Below, one piece after another: positions 52,241 to 64,000 of a stretch of DNA of 64,000 nucleotides (its first letter is position 1; each line of letters begins with the position of its first letter). The notes below the pieces were generated by a model, which was given only the letters and a program-made list of their open reading frames with translations, was not told where the DNA came from and did not search any database. The stretch spans positions 34,286,001-34,350,000 of the forward strand of contig OZ360240.1 in assembly GCA_977017645.1 (NCBI GenBank). The letters run 5' to 3'. The DNA is from Torpedo marmorata. Taxonomy: Eukaryota. A program made the translations under genes and the position numbers.

Positions 52241-54072
52241 TTCCTTCTTCAAACAATCTGTCTGATGTACTGTTGTGGAAGCCTGAGTATGTGCTTTGCT
52301 TTGGCATGAGCCTCACACGAGCAATCCCCAAGAACATTGATTAGTAACAAGGTCAAAGAGGCTGGGAGGAATATCTCAGGTCCAATTCATGCAGCACTGG
52401 GTCTGGAACATAGCTATATCACAGGGTACAGGAGTGATAAAGGACCCTAATGTGTGTGACCTCAGAGTATCCTACAAACTTGTGCTGTTGCCTGCCACTG
52501 GGAGTCCTCTACCATAAGCTTGGTTTAAGGCAACAGTTCAAATTTGTAATCATCTTTCTGTTACCTACAAGCACTCCAGTGCAGTCAAACCCTGAGATCT
52601 GTCCCAGAGCTGTTTTGTTTTATCTTCTAAATCATAAGAATCATTCACAATACTGCTCGTTAGGCAACAGAGTTATTATTTTCACTTTACTTCAAAGTGA
52701 AACTGACAATTGAAGTTGTTTTTAGTGGATAGCAACAGAGGTATTGACCACTGGCTCCATTCAGGTCTTAATTAACCTTAGCATGAAAATAATGAGCAGA
52801 AGAAAGGAAGAAACCCCATCAAGATCTTAAGTCCAACTTGAACTGACAGATAAATCTGAGATGGATGGATCCTGCCTCCCCTGTGCAGCAGGCCTGATTC
52901 TAATTGCAAATTTGCAACAAAGAGATGCATGCCATTTTAACAAGAGGACCTACAAACCTCATTCTTACCCTTTTCTTGCAACTGTTTGAAACCTTGACTT
53001 CCAAGAGTTACATTATTTGCTCCAACAATGGATGTGAGTTAGCGTTGGGCCATCAGAATGAAGCTTTGAAGTCTTGCTAACTTTGAATTTCTGGAAACGG
53101 GAAGATTATAGTGGCTTCCCCATTTCAAGCCCTGAGTTAAACTCTGGCCTACAATATTTATTTGCAATGATGCTCACACTGCCATATTATTTTTCTTTGA
53201 TGGCAGCAATGGTATAATGAATACTGTACCAAAAGCCCAGCAGATAAATTAACCCCATGTGCTTTAATTTTACAAGATACATTAGAAGTTAATTCAATTT
53301 TTCAGTGCTTGTGTGTGTTTGATGACCTTCCCCCTCCCCTTGCTGTATTGTTGTGATGGACTCTGATGCTGATTAAAATCCCAAGAGATGATTCTTGGTA
53401 GACCAAAGCAGTTTTATCGACCATCATAATTCATTTGCATTTCCTGATCTTGTTCTATTGTTTCTATGGGCATAAAGTGCTTGACTACTTTTCCCTCCCA
53501 CCCCATTGTGAGACCTGTGCAGCAAAAAGCATCACAAAACCAATGATCAATTATTCCCGCTAATGAGCTTTATGCTGGTATATCACCCCATCTACAATAT
53601 TAAAGGTGCCCGAAGGACACTTGTGAAGGTGTATAAGATAAAAATAAAGATTCTGGTGTCATGTTAATGACTGCTTCTGTGCTACTCTTGAATGCATGAA
53701 CATAAAACATTTATTGGACCTTACAATCTTGCAATAATGATCAACTCTGCCTAGTTTCAACACACGTAGAAGCTAGGAATAGCTTTACAACTGGACTTCA
53801 AACTCCACAGCACAATTGAAGCACTCATGAGTTCTATTATCTTGTTTGAATCAGTTTATCCTTGGTGAGGCTGCTTCTTATATGGGCAACGGAGGGGTCT
53901 CAGTGTCTGCCACAGACCCATGCTCCATCAGCCTTCCTTAGAGAGAAAGTACTACAAGTCTGGATTAGCATGAGACTGGAATTTCACAATAGATTCTTAC
54001 CAGATGATTCCTCATTCACCTCTACTATTGATGTTTTTCCAACATCACCATCACCCTGGATATGCTCTAGGT

Positions 54073-54234
54073 CAGTGGTTCTCAACCTTTTTTCTTTCCA
54101 CTCACATTCCACCTTAAGTAATCCCTTACTAGCCACAGAGCACCTATGGCATAGGATGCTATAGATGCTCTGTGGTTAGTAAGGGATTACTTAAGGTGGT
54201 ATGTGTGTGGAAAGAAAAAGGTTGAGAACCACTG
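54073..54234. mobile_element. hAT-Charlie-type palindromic MITE, 162 bp
   Basis: Termini CAGTGGTTCTCAACC / GGTTGAGAACCACTG; 8-bp TSD CTCTAGG(T/A) resembling the Charlie NTCTAGAN target. Confidence 0.9.
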
Positions 54235-54399
54235 CTCTAGGAAGAAGCTAAATGGTCATGGTAAAACACACCAACAGCTCCGTGCATTTCTCTGGCACTC
54301 TACATGTCTTCAAGATATTTCAACCTGAATTGTTCAATCATGATTTCTTGGTATGTGATGGATTGCAAACAATCCATCACCACACTATGTTACACTGGT

Positions 54400-55810
54400 C
54401 TTAGAGTCAGACTTGAACAGCAAGGAACAGGCCCTTCAGCCCACCTTTTTATCCAAGATCCTTTTTAATTCATTTTGCCTTCATTAGTAGTGTATCTTTC
54501 AGTGCCCTCTGTTGTTAAGTCCTTGACAAAACCACTCTTTGTGTTAAAATTTTCACCTCAAATTCCCTTTAAGACTCCTTCTTCTCACCTTGATGCTATG
54601 ACCTCTTGTTTTTGATATCCCTACCATGGGGTAAACACTCCATCCACCCTACCTATGCCTCTCAGAACTTCCATCAGGTCACCCTTCATACTCCTTTGCT
54701 CCAGCGAAAACATACTAAGCCTCTTCCCATAACTGAAGTCCTCCAATTCAGGCATTGCCCTGGTGAATCTCTTCTGAACTAGTTCCAGCATAATTTCATT
54801 CTTCCTTCCTGTAGTGTGGCAAACAGAACTACGCACAATATTCTAGGTGTGGCCTAACCAGTGTTTTATAAAGTTGTGACATAATGTCCCAACTTATCAT
54901 TTATGCCCTGACCTATGAAGGCAAGCATAACATATGCCTTCTTTATTTTTATTTATTTCAGATTTGTCAGAGAACATACATGACATCACATACAACCCTG
55001 AGATTATTTTTCCTGCGGGGGCGGCAGAATTACCACTAATTTGTAGTGCAAAAAATAAACTCTACACAGCGTAAACAAATAAATAAATAAAAGAACTGTA
55101 AACAGATAACAAATGTAAACAAACTGACTGTGCAATACAGAGAGAACAAAGAAAATCAATAAAGTGCACAAGTCCCCCCATCATCCTATATTACCACTTT
55201 TAAGGATCCATGTGAGATACATCTGTTTACCATTCCTTAGCACCCTACCAGTTATTGTATTTGTCCAATCCTTATTTGACTTACGAAAATACACTTGTTG
55301 GGATTAAATGCCATCTGCCAATGTTCCAACAAACTTGTTGATTTATATTTCACTGTACCATTAGGCAACCTTCTTCCCTATCCACAGTACCACCAATATT
55401 TGTGTCACCTGCAAATTTACCAATCATTACTTCTACTTTCTCATTCAAATCAGTACTACATACAGTAAACTCCCTGATATCCAGAATTCAAGCAACTGGC
55501 AGCCTCAAGCAACCGGCAAAAAAAATCGCAGAAAATATATAGGTAAAAAATACAAAAGTTTAAACTTGGTGCCCCTAGCGGTCAGTTCAACAATCCACGC
55601 AACACACAACCTCAAGCAACTTCATTTATCTGGCATGTACCAATCCCCATAGGAGCCGGACACCAGGGGTTTTACTATATCACAAACAACAAGAATCCCA
55701 GCACTGATCCCTATGGTACACCAGTGGTCACAAACTTTCAATCAGGAAAGTATCTTAACACCTCTATCTTTAGCCTCCAATCACCAAGCCAATTTTGGAT
55801 CCAATTAGAT
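54400..55810 (-). mobile_element. Degenerate CR1 RT fragment with nested Rex1 tail (about 54955-55175) and MITE
   Basis: LELVQKRFTRAMP (54621-54836); KFAGDT and GVP.GSVLG motif remnants at about 55410 and 55710. Confidence 0.75.
55463..55677. mobile_element. Tigger/pogo-type MITE
   Basis: Imperfect TIRs CAGTAAACTCCCTGATATCC / GGACACCAGGGGTTTTACTA; TA on both sides. Confidence 0.7.
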
Positions 55811-57089
55811 GAGATCCTTCAGTATTTTCTGCTTTTGTTTCAGAATTCTTTCATTTGGTGTTTGTTGATCTGAATGGAATGCAGTAAGAGTGAGCAGGGC
55901 GATTGGCTGGAAGACATCAAAGGCAGCCCATAGAAAGTATACACAGTCATAATTTTTATTTGCTGCATTTTCATTTCACTAATCGAACAAAGTGAGTCCG
56001 CTCATGATTGTTACAGTACTCCATGAGTTTACCTGAGATGAAAAAGCAAATCGATAATTTGCATCTGGTCTTACAAAACAACACCTTTTTTCCTTCTACA
56101 TAATGGTTGGAAAGGTGCAAATCACTCAGTGATCCAGTCCATCGCAAGGGCTACAATTTCTACAGACTTGATTTTTATGATCTCAGGTAGATAATGGAGA
56201 ATATGACAAAACCTCTAAATATAAGACACTCAGACCACTGATCAGAGTAGTTAAACTCATTGCTGATAAGGAATTATCCAAGTGGGTGTTGAAAATTCAT
56301 TTAAATTACATCAACAGTTGAATTACAATTACACCATGACCACATAAAAGTTCTTTGTTACAGAGAGGAAAAAAAAATCAGATTCTCAGGAATTGTGTTC
56401 AAAAACACCATATCCTCTGATGTAGGTGGTTTGGATACAAAGAAAGTTTGGTACTTTATTTTCAATTTAAAAAAATTAAAGCTATTCATTTTTTAAAAAG
56501 AGTGAAGCCTTGAACAAAATATAATAGAGGCGAAAGTGTATTATTTTAATTAAAATGTAACAGGCATCTTTTTACAGTTGAAATTTTACTTAAAATATCC
56601 ATGACATTATTAATTAACAGGAAATGTGGTCTTTGCGAGAACAAATGTACTCTTTCATAAATTTTGCACAGTTAGTTGAAGCACTAAACTTCACTCGGCA
56701 CACTGCTGACGAGGAAGGAAGATGGATGAGAGTCTGGAAGCACTCAATTTATTGAAGTATTAAACTAGCTGAGAAGAAATGAAACAAGATGTTCCAAAAA
56801 TACTTGAATTAAACATTCATGGGAATTATTTCACGATCTGAAATAAATGTCTGAGTGATAGAACATTCTTAGAAACGCAGACTGAATATTTCTCTTTCAC
56901 CTCTGGCCCTCACAAGCTGTGCTAAGTCGGCTGTTGGCTAAATCAACGGTGACATTATCTGTCAGAGGCCTCATAAATTCTACGTCAAAAAGTGCAAATT
57001 AGAAAAGACCACTCAGCCCATCGAACCAGCCCAAAATGATTATGAGATGGATCGTGACGGTAGATGCTGAGAAGCTGATTACTCTGACT

Positions 57090-58510
57090 AAGAATCAGAA
57101 TCAGAATTTATTGTCACGAACAAGTCATGAAATTTGGTGTTTTGCAGCAGCATCATAGTGCAATTCAAGATCAAGATCAAGATCAAGATCAAAATCAAGA
57201 TCAAGATCTTCAAGATTCAATTTATTGTCACAGCAATAAGACAGTGTCATATACCATAAAATTTATTTTTGCCTGCTGCAAGGCAGACAGATTCGCCATC
57301 GGCAGAAACCGCCTAAGCGCCTCCAACATTCCTTACAGTCAGAGAAAGAGAAGCAAAAGAGAGTCCCCCCAGAGCCACCGAGTGTCCATAGATTCGCCTC
57401 CAGCGCTTCTGCAGCCACACAGAGTCCAGTCCAAACGATCGGCATCCCGAGCTCCAGATCCGAACCTCCAACACGGTCAGGTCGCCCTCGGCACCCCCTC
57501 ACATCCTGGTTCCGATACCTGGTACTCCTCCAGCCAGTTCGAGGCAACCTCCAGCAGTCCGCAGCCCGTCTTGAGTCCCCCGACAGCAGTCTCCAGCAGC
57601 CCACAGCCTCCGCGGGTTCCTCGGCTCGAGTCGCCAGCAGCCCGCCGCATGCACTGGTCCTTCAGCCTCAGAGCCCCTCACCGGTCTGCCGCCGTGGTCA
57701 CCGACCCGTGGGTCGTCTCCTCCGCTTCTCCTTCTCAGATGGGGGTGATCTTCCCGTCCACTGGTGCCCTGCTCCAGTCCCCCGCTTCCCCGGAGTCTGC
57801 AGCCCCTCGTGGCTGCTGCCGACTAATAGGCGCTGTCATCTTGGGTGCAGACCCCGCGGTCGCGGGATCTTAAATAAAACCACCGTCGGCTCCTTTAACG
57901 GGCTGTTTAAAGCCCGTGCGGAACCGACGGCAGTCGACTGGGCGGCTGGACCCCGCGGGAGCGCTGTATCTCCGCTCCCTCGCTCCTCGCGGGTCCGCAC
58001 CAGCGGTAGCGCTGCCGCTACAGCGGCTCCGGCAGCGCCGCCATCTTACATTCATATTAACCATCTTACGACATTACTATAAAAAATTATAAACAATAGT
58101 GCACGAAAAGTAAGGCAGTGTCTTTGGTTCATTGATTATTCAGGAATCTGATGGCAGCGGGGAAGAAGCTGTCCTTGTACCGTTGAGTGCTCGTCTTTAG
58201 GCTCCTGTACCTTTTTCCCAATGGAAGCAGAGTGAAGGGGGCATGGCCTGGGTGGTGGGGGTCTTTGAGGATAGAGGCTGGTTTTTTAAGACACCGCCTC
58301 ATGTAGATGTCCTCCATGGAGTGAAGTTTGGTGCCTGTGATGTCACAGGCCGAGTTAACAACCCTCTGGAGTTTACTCTTGTCCTGGGAGTTGGCGCCTC
58401 CATACCAGGCAGTGATGCAACCAGCCAGAATGCTCTCCACGGTACACCTGTAGAAGTTTACGAGAGTCTTCGGAGACATACCGAACCTCCTCAGACACCT
58501 CACAAAGTAT
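57090..58510 (-). mobile_element. Rex1/Babar-like LINE 3' fragment (pieces 58050-58510 and 57090-57167)
   Basis: ORF 58129-58503 LRRFGMSPKTLVNFYRCTVESIL..KDPHHPGH..FFPAAIRFLN; tail GTGACAATAAA(TTCTGA)n. Confidence 0.85.
57168..58049 (-). mobile_element. CpG-rich non-autonomous retroposon (about 880 bp) nested in the Rex1-like 3'UTR
   Basis: Begins GTAAGATGGCGGC, ends GTGACAATAAA plus (TCTTGA)n; ATTCA on both sides (57163-57167, 58050-58054); host is contiguous when it is removed. Confidence 0.7.
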
Positions 58511-59436
58511 AGCTCACAAAGGATTTTAAGTCACAAATTGAATGAAGGAATTTGGAAAGGGCTGAACCCAGAGAAAGCCATGAGCTTTTATAATGAAAGG
58601 CGGAGGATTCGAAGAGCAGTGTGGCTCACTGCTGTTTTCATGTCTAAAGTTCTTCATAATTCCTTACAATGACCAATCGAGCATACCTTTTAACCACCCC
58701 TTAACTAAACAACAAGTGAAGGGAAAATAACCATGGCCAATTTTGTAGAAACTTTATGAAATTATTATCTGGCCCCCTTAGGCAACCAAAGATACAGAAT
58801 GCTGTGATACTCAAGATAATCCCAGGCAATTAAACAGGATTTTAAGTCTCAAATAATTTTGGTCCCCAGCAAATGCAACTCCTTCTGTGCTTAACTTCTA
58901 ATTATTGGAATGGTTGCAAGCGTATTGACATGGCCTACAGCAAACAAAAATAATTTGGTAGAATTGCACAGCCTATCTACACCTCCAGGTAAAGAAACAA
59001 TCAGGCCTTGTATGATTCTCAGAGTGTGAGCTGACACGAAGTACCAAGGGAATTGTGCAACCTCCAGGGTCCCACGTCACAACTTAAAGTCAAGCAAGAG
59101 AATTATTTTGGGCTGGGATAAAAGGAGAATGTGTTGGAAATATTTAGGAGGTGAGAAAGTGGAGAGAGAGACAGAGTTAATTCCTGAAGTCAATGGCCTT
59201 TAATTGTAAGGTTATCAAGCTTGGAAGTAAAGTTAGCGTGTGCAACTCTGTCACATGCATGTTACCTCTGACTGACAGGAGATAGCAGCACAAATACTGT
59301 GTGACCAGGGCTGTGAGGGTGATGGGAGAGGAATGGGGCAAAGGGTGATGGGACTGGGGATTGATGGTGATGGGTGAAGGTCCCAATAATCATCCAAAAT
59401 ACATAAAACAAAACATTGTGGATCTATGTGCTTACA

Positions 59437-59678
59437 TAAAGTAAAGTAAAGGTAAAGGTTCCATATTTGTCACGTAATACTACATTTAGAATGCAATATA
59501 CATGAAATTCTTTAATTTTTGTCTACCGTAAGGCAGACAGAGAGTCGCTATTTTGTCCAGCGCCCCTCACAGAAACCTACAGCACCTGGTGTTCCTTGGC
59601 GGTCTCCCCTCCAAGTACTGACCAGTCCTGTGCCTGCTTAGCTTCCGAGATCAGACAATCCCAGTCGTATTCAGGCTA
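59437..59678 (-). mobile_element. 5S rRNA-derived SINE (SINE3-type)
   Basis: 59573-59678 is a 5'-truncated, diverged 5S rRNA (GTCTGATCTCGGAAGCTAAGCAGG..AGTACTTGGAGGGGAGACCGCC..CCAGGTGCTGTAGG) followed by a LINE-like tail ending in (ACCTTT/ACTTT)n. Confidence 0.8.
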
Positions 59679-60359
59679 TTGGTGCATGTTCACTCCCTTC
59701 ATCGAGAACTCACACATATGCCTCTCCAAAGACTAGCAAATTTAACATTTGTCACAGCACCCTCAGCCTTGTAGTGCATCTGTTGGGTATGTGATGCAAG
59801 ACATGATTTGAGGAATCATCAGAGTTCAGTCTGCAGCAAGTAATGTCCGCAGCAAGAGCAGCCTGCATTTTCAGATCACAATCAAATAAACCAATTGGAA
59901 ACCTTGATTCAAGAGTCAGGGACATATCCTAATTCCACACATTTCTTCTGTTTTACAGTGAACATTCTTCATTCTTCATTCTTACCCGTGTTACAAATCT
60001 ATCCTTTACATTTATTTTCACTATATTACATTTTATGCTTTCTTATTCTGCTGCGCAGGCTGATTTTTATGCAATTTTGTTTTATTTTCTAGCTGTACTA
60101 TTTAATATTTCATACAGAGCAAAATTTCATCAAACTGAATGTCGAAAAACTAAAATGCTGGCTTTACCCATGGGCTTGGCTATCCCAGTTGTCTTCCAAC
60201 CTTCTCGTTGTAATCCTCCCAAAGGACCCATACATCAGTTGAGCCTTAAATTTTAATCAGAATGACTTCTTAAAGACTTGATGTTTTGTCTATCTCCTCC
60301 CATTTGACGCAAAGGAAATTAACAGCTGGAACAATAACTGGGTTGCCTTGCAGCCAGAT

Positions 60360-60618
60360 NNNNNNNNNNNNNNNNNNNNNNNNNNNNNNNNNNNNNNNNN
60401 NNNNNNNNNNNNNNNNNNNNNNNNNNNNNNNNNNNNNNNNNNNNNNNNNNNNNNNNNNNNNNNNNNNNNNNNNNNNNNNNNNNNNNNNNNNNNNNNNNNN
60501 NNNNNNNNNNNNNNNNNNNNNNNNNNNNNNNNNNNNNNNNNNNNNNNNNNNNNNNNNNNNNNNNNNNNNNNNNNNNNNNNNNNNNNNNNNNNNNNNNNNN
60601 NNNNNNNNNNNNNNNNNN
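60360..60618. other. Assembly gap (259 N)
   Basis: Run of n characters. Confidence 1.
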
Positions 60619-61699
60619 ACCATATCCTATCTGATGATGATATTATCTTCACCACCCTCTCTGCCGTTCTTTGCTTTTTCCCTTCAAGATGACCTCATTC
60701 CATCTGAGTGTGTGTCAAGCAACAGTTGTAAATGAAAGCTGAGTTCAGTCTAGTTTTGACACATTCAATGGGCTGAAGAGAAGTACATAAAATAGATGGG
60801 TTGGGTACAATTCAGGTGGTTCAAAATCTAAACCTTGACTGAAACACACCCACTTCTGGATTTGCAGGGGTAGAGTAGTCGTTGAGTGCCAATCCATTGT
60901 TAGGAGATTTGGCTATCAAAACAATAGGGGCAGCTGTTCAGCTCTTTCATAGATGGAATGATAAATTGACACTGTACTCCCTCCAAGAAATAGATCCTTT
61001 CTAAGGGGTGATATTCAAAATGGGTCAGAGTAATTCAGGTGTGGTGTGGTAAGACATTGTCTGAACCTCCTTCATTGTTCATTAGTCATTCATTTCCTAT
61101 CCTGCACAGCTTTCATGAATGTCATTTTCAACAATCCATCACCAGATCAATGCTTCTATTAATAAGCTCTGTGGATTGGACAACTGGGTAAGCAAAGCTG
61201 ATTTTCCTCCAGAGTAAAGCAAATCCAAAATAAATCCTCAGAAATACAAAACTGCAGCTTTCATTCCTGACGATCTCTCTATTTTACTTTGTTGGCCACT
61301 GTAGACTGTAAACCATGGCATCAATATCAATGGGAAACCCTAAAATTGAGAACTTCCACTCAAGATCTTCCATCAGGATTATTTCTTGCTTTTTCAACAG
61401 TTTTGTTTGCCCATTGCTGTATCTGCTTATATTTGTTAAATTAAATGTTTTCTAGGTGTCTTTTCAAGAAACTTTAGACATTCCAAAGAATTTATTACAG
61501 AAGGTTACACTGACTCCATCTTTAAAGCTGCCAGAGCATTCACAGAAACCTATTCATTCTGCCTCCATTGTTCCTTACAAAGTTATTCCACATGGATCCC
61601 TTAGGTTAGCTCTCAAATTGGATCAAATCTTTCACTTCCTATTGATGCAAGGCTAATGTAACCGTGCCCTTACTGAAAGTAAGATTCATTGTCCATTTC

Positions 61700-62070
61700 A
61701 CTTCTGGCCACGCTGTTCTCTCACTGCTACCTTCCAGCAGAAGATGCAGAGGCCTCAAGTCTGGCACCTCCAGGTCCAATAAACATGCATGCACTAACCC
61801 AACCATAAAACTACTGCAAGACAGCCAAAGGTCTATCTCAATGACTGACAGACCAGATTTTTTGTACTGCTGTTTGAATGTGAATATTTTTTTTTTCTCT
61901 TCCTTTTATATTTATATTCTCTTTTTCTCTTATGACATCTTATGTATTAGTTATACTTAAATCATTGTTAGTATATTTTATGTAGCTGGGAAGCTGCAGC
62001 TAATAAGATTTTCATTGCATCTGTACATTATACTTGTATACAGTATATGACAATAAACTCATTCATTCAG
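61700..62070 (+). mobile_element. Degenerate Rex1/Babar-like 3' fragment
   Basis: GHAVLSLLPSSRRCRGLKSGTSR; tail TGACAATAAAC(TCAT)n. Confidence 0.65.
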
Positions 62071-62165
62071 TCAATAATTAATTAATCAATCAATCAATTA
62101 ATTAATTCACGTTTGCTCATAAATTCATGTGGCTTTGCATCAAACTTTGAGAATGAAAAGATTTG

Positions 62166-62378
62166 AGGGCAGCGCAATACTATTACAGCGCCAGTGACCC
62201 AGGTTCGAATATGGCGCTGTCTGTAAGGTGTTTGTACATTCTCCCTGTGATCTGCATGAGTTTTTTCCAGGTGCTCTAGTTTCCTCCCACCCTCCAAAAC
62301 GTATGGGGTTAATATGTTAATTGTGTGCAACCTGGTCTGGAAGGGCCTTTTACCGTGCTGTATCATTTAAAAAAAACA
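62166..62378 (+). mobile_element. HE1-like SINE with internal deletions
   Basis: B-box AGGTTCGAAT, V-core, GAAGGGCCTTTTACCGTGCTG tail. Confidence 0.75.
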
Positions 62379-62893
62379 TTAAAATGTAACATTCCAGTGA
62401 AACTTTGCACCATTCAATATTCTGGATTGTTATTATTGTTAGGGCAACAAACATTGAACCTTCTCAATGTTCATTCAGAATCCTTATTGCATTTTTAAAA
62501 TTTTATTGAATGTTTACTCTTCACTCAATAATTTTATAAAATCCAGGTTATTTTGCTGCCATCAATCAGACAACAGGAGCATCAGTGTCCAAAGATACAA
62601 TTTCAAATGGCCACTAGTAAGCCTCATTTGTTGGCTCGACTTAGTTGACCATCAGAAGTAGAAAACTAATGTATTGGAATGTAAAATCTGCTCCTTGGTT
62701 GAACTCAATCACGACCTGTAAATGAGAGGGAGTCAAGCACTAAGTGCTTCCACATGTCTTTGCATTGGGAGAGAACAGCTGCGACTGCTGTTATGTTAGT
62801 GACTGGATCATTTGCTCTCTATTTGGGCCAAACATGCAGTATACGGCTAGAACTTTTACAGTTTGTGACAAAAGCCTGCAGCGAAATAGATTT

Positions 62894-63004
62894 GAAGTAA
62901 AACACGAAAGTCTGAAAACACTGTGGTGGAAGTAAAAACACAATGCTGTAGAAACTCAGCAGGTCAAACAGCGTACTTTATATAGCAAAGACAAAGAACA
63001 TAAC
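62894..63004 (-). mobile_element. Penelope-like terminal fragment
   Basis: Reverse complement of the terminal motif at about 5985-6094. Confidence 0.75.
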
Positions 63005-63907
63005 AGATGATACGAAGATTGGTGGTATTGTGGACAGTGAAGAGGGATATCAAAGCTTGCAGGGGGATATAGGACAGTTAGAAGAGTGGGCGGAAACAAG
63101 GCAGATGGAGTTTAATACTGATAAATGTGAGGTACTACATTTTGGTAGGATTAATCAGCAAAGGTCATACATGTTGAATGGAAGACAGTTGAGAAGTGCA
63201 GTAGAACAGAGGGATTTAGGAATTCTGGTACATAATTCCCTGAAAGTTGAGTCACACATGGTGAAGAAAGCATTTGGTATGTTGGCTTTCATAAATCAGA
63301 GTATTGAATATAGGAGTTGGGATGTCATGTTGAAGTTGTATAAGGCATTGGTGAGGCCAAATTTGGAATATTGTGCGCAGGTTTGGTCGCCAAATTAAGG
63401 ATATAAACAGAATAGAGAGAGTGCAGAGGAGATTTACAAGAATGTTGCCTGGGTTTCTGGGTTTGAGTTACAGGGAAAGGTTGAACAGGCTGGGACTTTA
63501 TTCCCTGGAGCGTAGAAAGTTGAGGGGAGATTTGATAGAGGTATTTAAAATTATGAAGAGGACAGATAGGGTCAATGTGGACAGGCTTTTTCCATTGAGA
63601 GTGGGGGAGATTCAAACAAGAGGGCATGGATTGAGATTGAAGGGGGAAAAGTTTAGAGGAAACATGAGGGGGAATTTCTTCACTCAGAGGGTGGTAGGAG
63701 GGTGGAACGAGCTTCCGGCCGAAGTGGTAGATGCAGGTTCAATTTTAATGTTTAAGGAAAGGTTGGATAGGTATATGGACGAGAGAGGTGTGGAGGGTTA
63801 TGGGCCGGGTGCGGGTCAGTGGGACTAGGTAGGAGAAGGTGTTCAGCATGGACTAGAAGGGCCGAACTGGCCTGTTTCTGTGCTGTAAATGTTATATGGT
63901 TATATGG
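63005..63907 (+). mobile_element. Young CR1 3' fragment
   Basis: ORFs 63030-63398 and 63373-63828 (QMEFN.DKCEVLHFG, ERVQRRFTRMLPG); (GTTATATG)n tail; similar to the 51035-51715 copy. Confidence 0.92.
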
Positions 63908-64000
63908 TTTTTCAATCAATTCCTTATGAAATTCCTCAAAAATTTTTAAAGGATTTAAATTTAATTATTAGGAAATTTTTGTGGAAAGGAAAGTTGGCTA
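63908..64000 (+). mobile_element. 5'-truncated L1/Tx1 copy running off the window
   Basis: TTTTCAATCAATTCCTTATGAAATTCCTC matches about 13699-13790 (FQSIPYEIPQ). Confidence 0.85.

Noticed and set aside
49600-52550. Possible ancient Harbinger-like transposase remnant around the CR1 and SINE insertions
   Set aside because: Only a vague resemblance; no intact motif, TIR or TSD. Would need tBLASTx or HMM search
57127-57873. 248-aa ORF with a QD repeat
   Set aside because: Starts in a Rex1 tail, crosses a microsatellite and runs antisense through a GC-rich repeat; no recognisable domain
59573-59678. Functional 5S rRNA gene
   Set aside because: 5' end missing, many substitutions, no T4 terminator, not in a tandem array
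60270-60735. ORFs with X runs
   Set aside because: Artefacts of the assembly gap

Overview
Eukaryotic, AT-rich, TE-dense vertebrate DNA. The repeat spectrum (CR1, Rex1/Babar-like, L1/Tx1, Penelope ends, HE1/V-SINE-like SINEs) suggests a cartilaginous fish, probably a ray; this is inference. The only supportable host coding feature is a 102-nt minus-strand exon (39229-39330, MLCSMANSGC...FLFLQE, then a GAG|GTAAGT donor). I recognise it from memory as an alternative N-terminal exon of RBFOX3 (NeuN), which would make most of the window intronic or upstream sequence of that gene. Most other ORFs are TE remnants or spurious. TE structures resolved by target-site duplications (TSDs) or terminal inverted repeats (TIRs) include a full-length L1 with a second L1 nested in it, two solo LTRs in CR1 tails, a Tc2/pogo-type element carrying a 27-bp minisatellite open on both strands, and a fully palindromic hAT MITE. 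The best novelty candidate is a 5S-rRNA-headed SINE and a CpG-rich YY1-headed non-coding retroposon that share one 3' tail. No prokaryotic-type systems (CRISPR, operons) are present. An assembly gap lies at 60360-60618. Family assignments are by eye; no database search was run.
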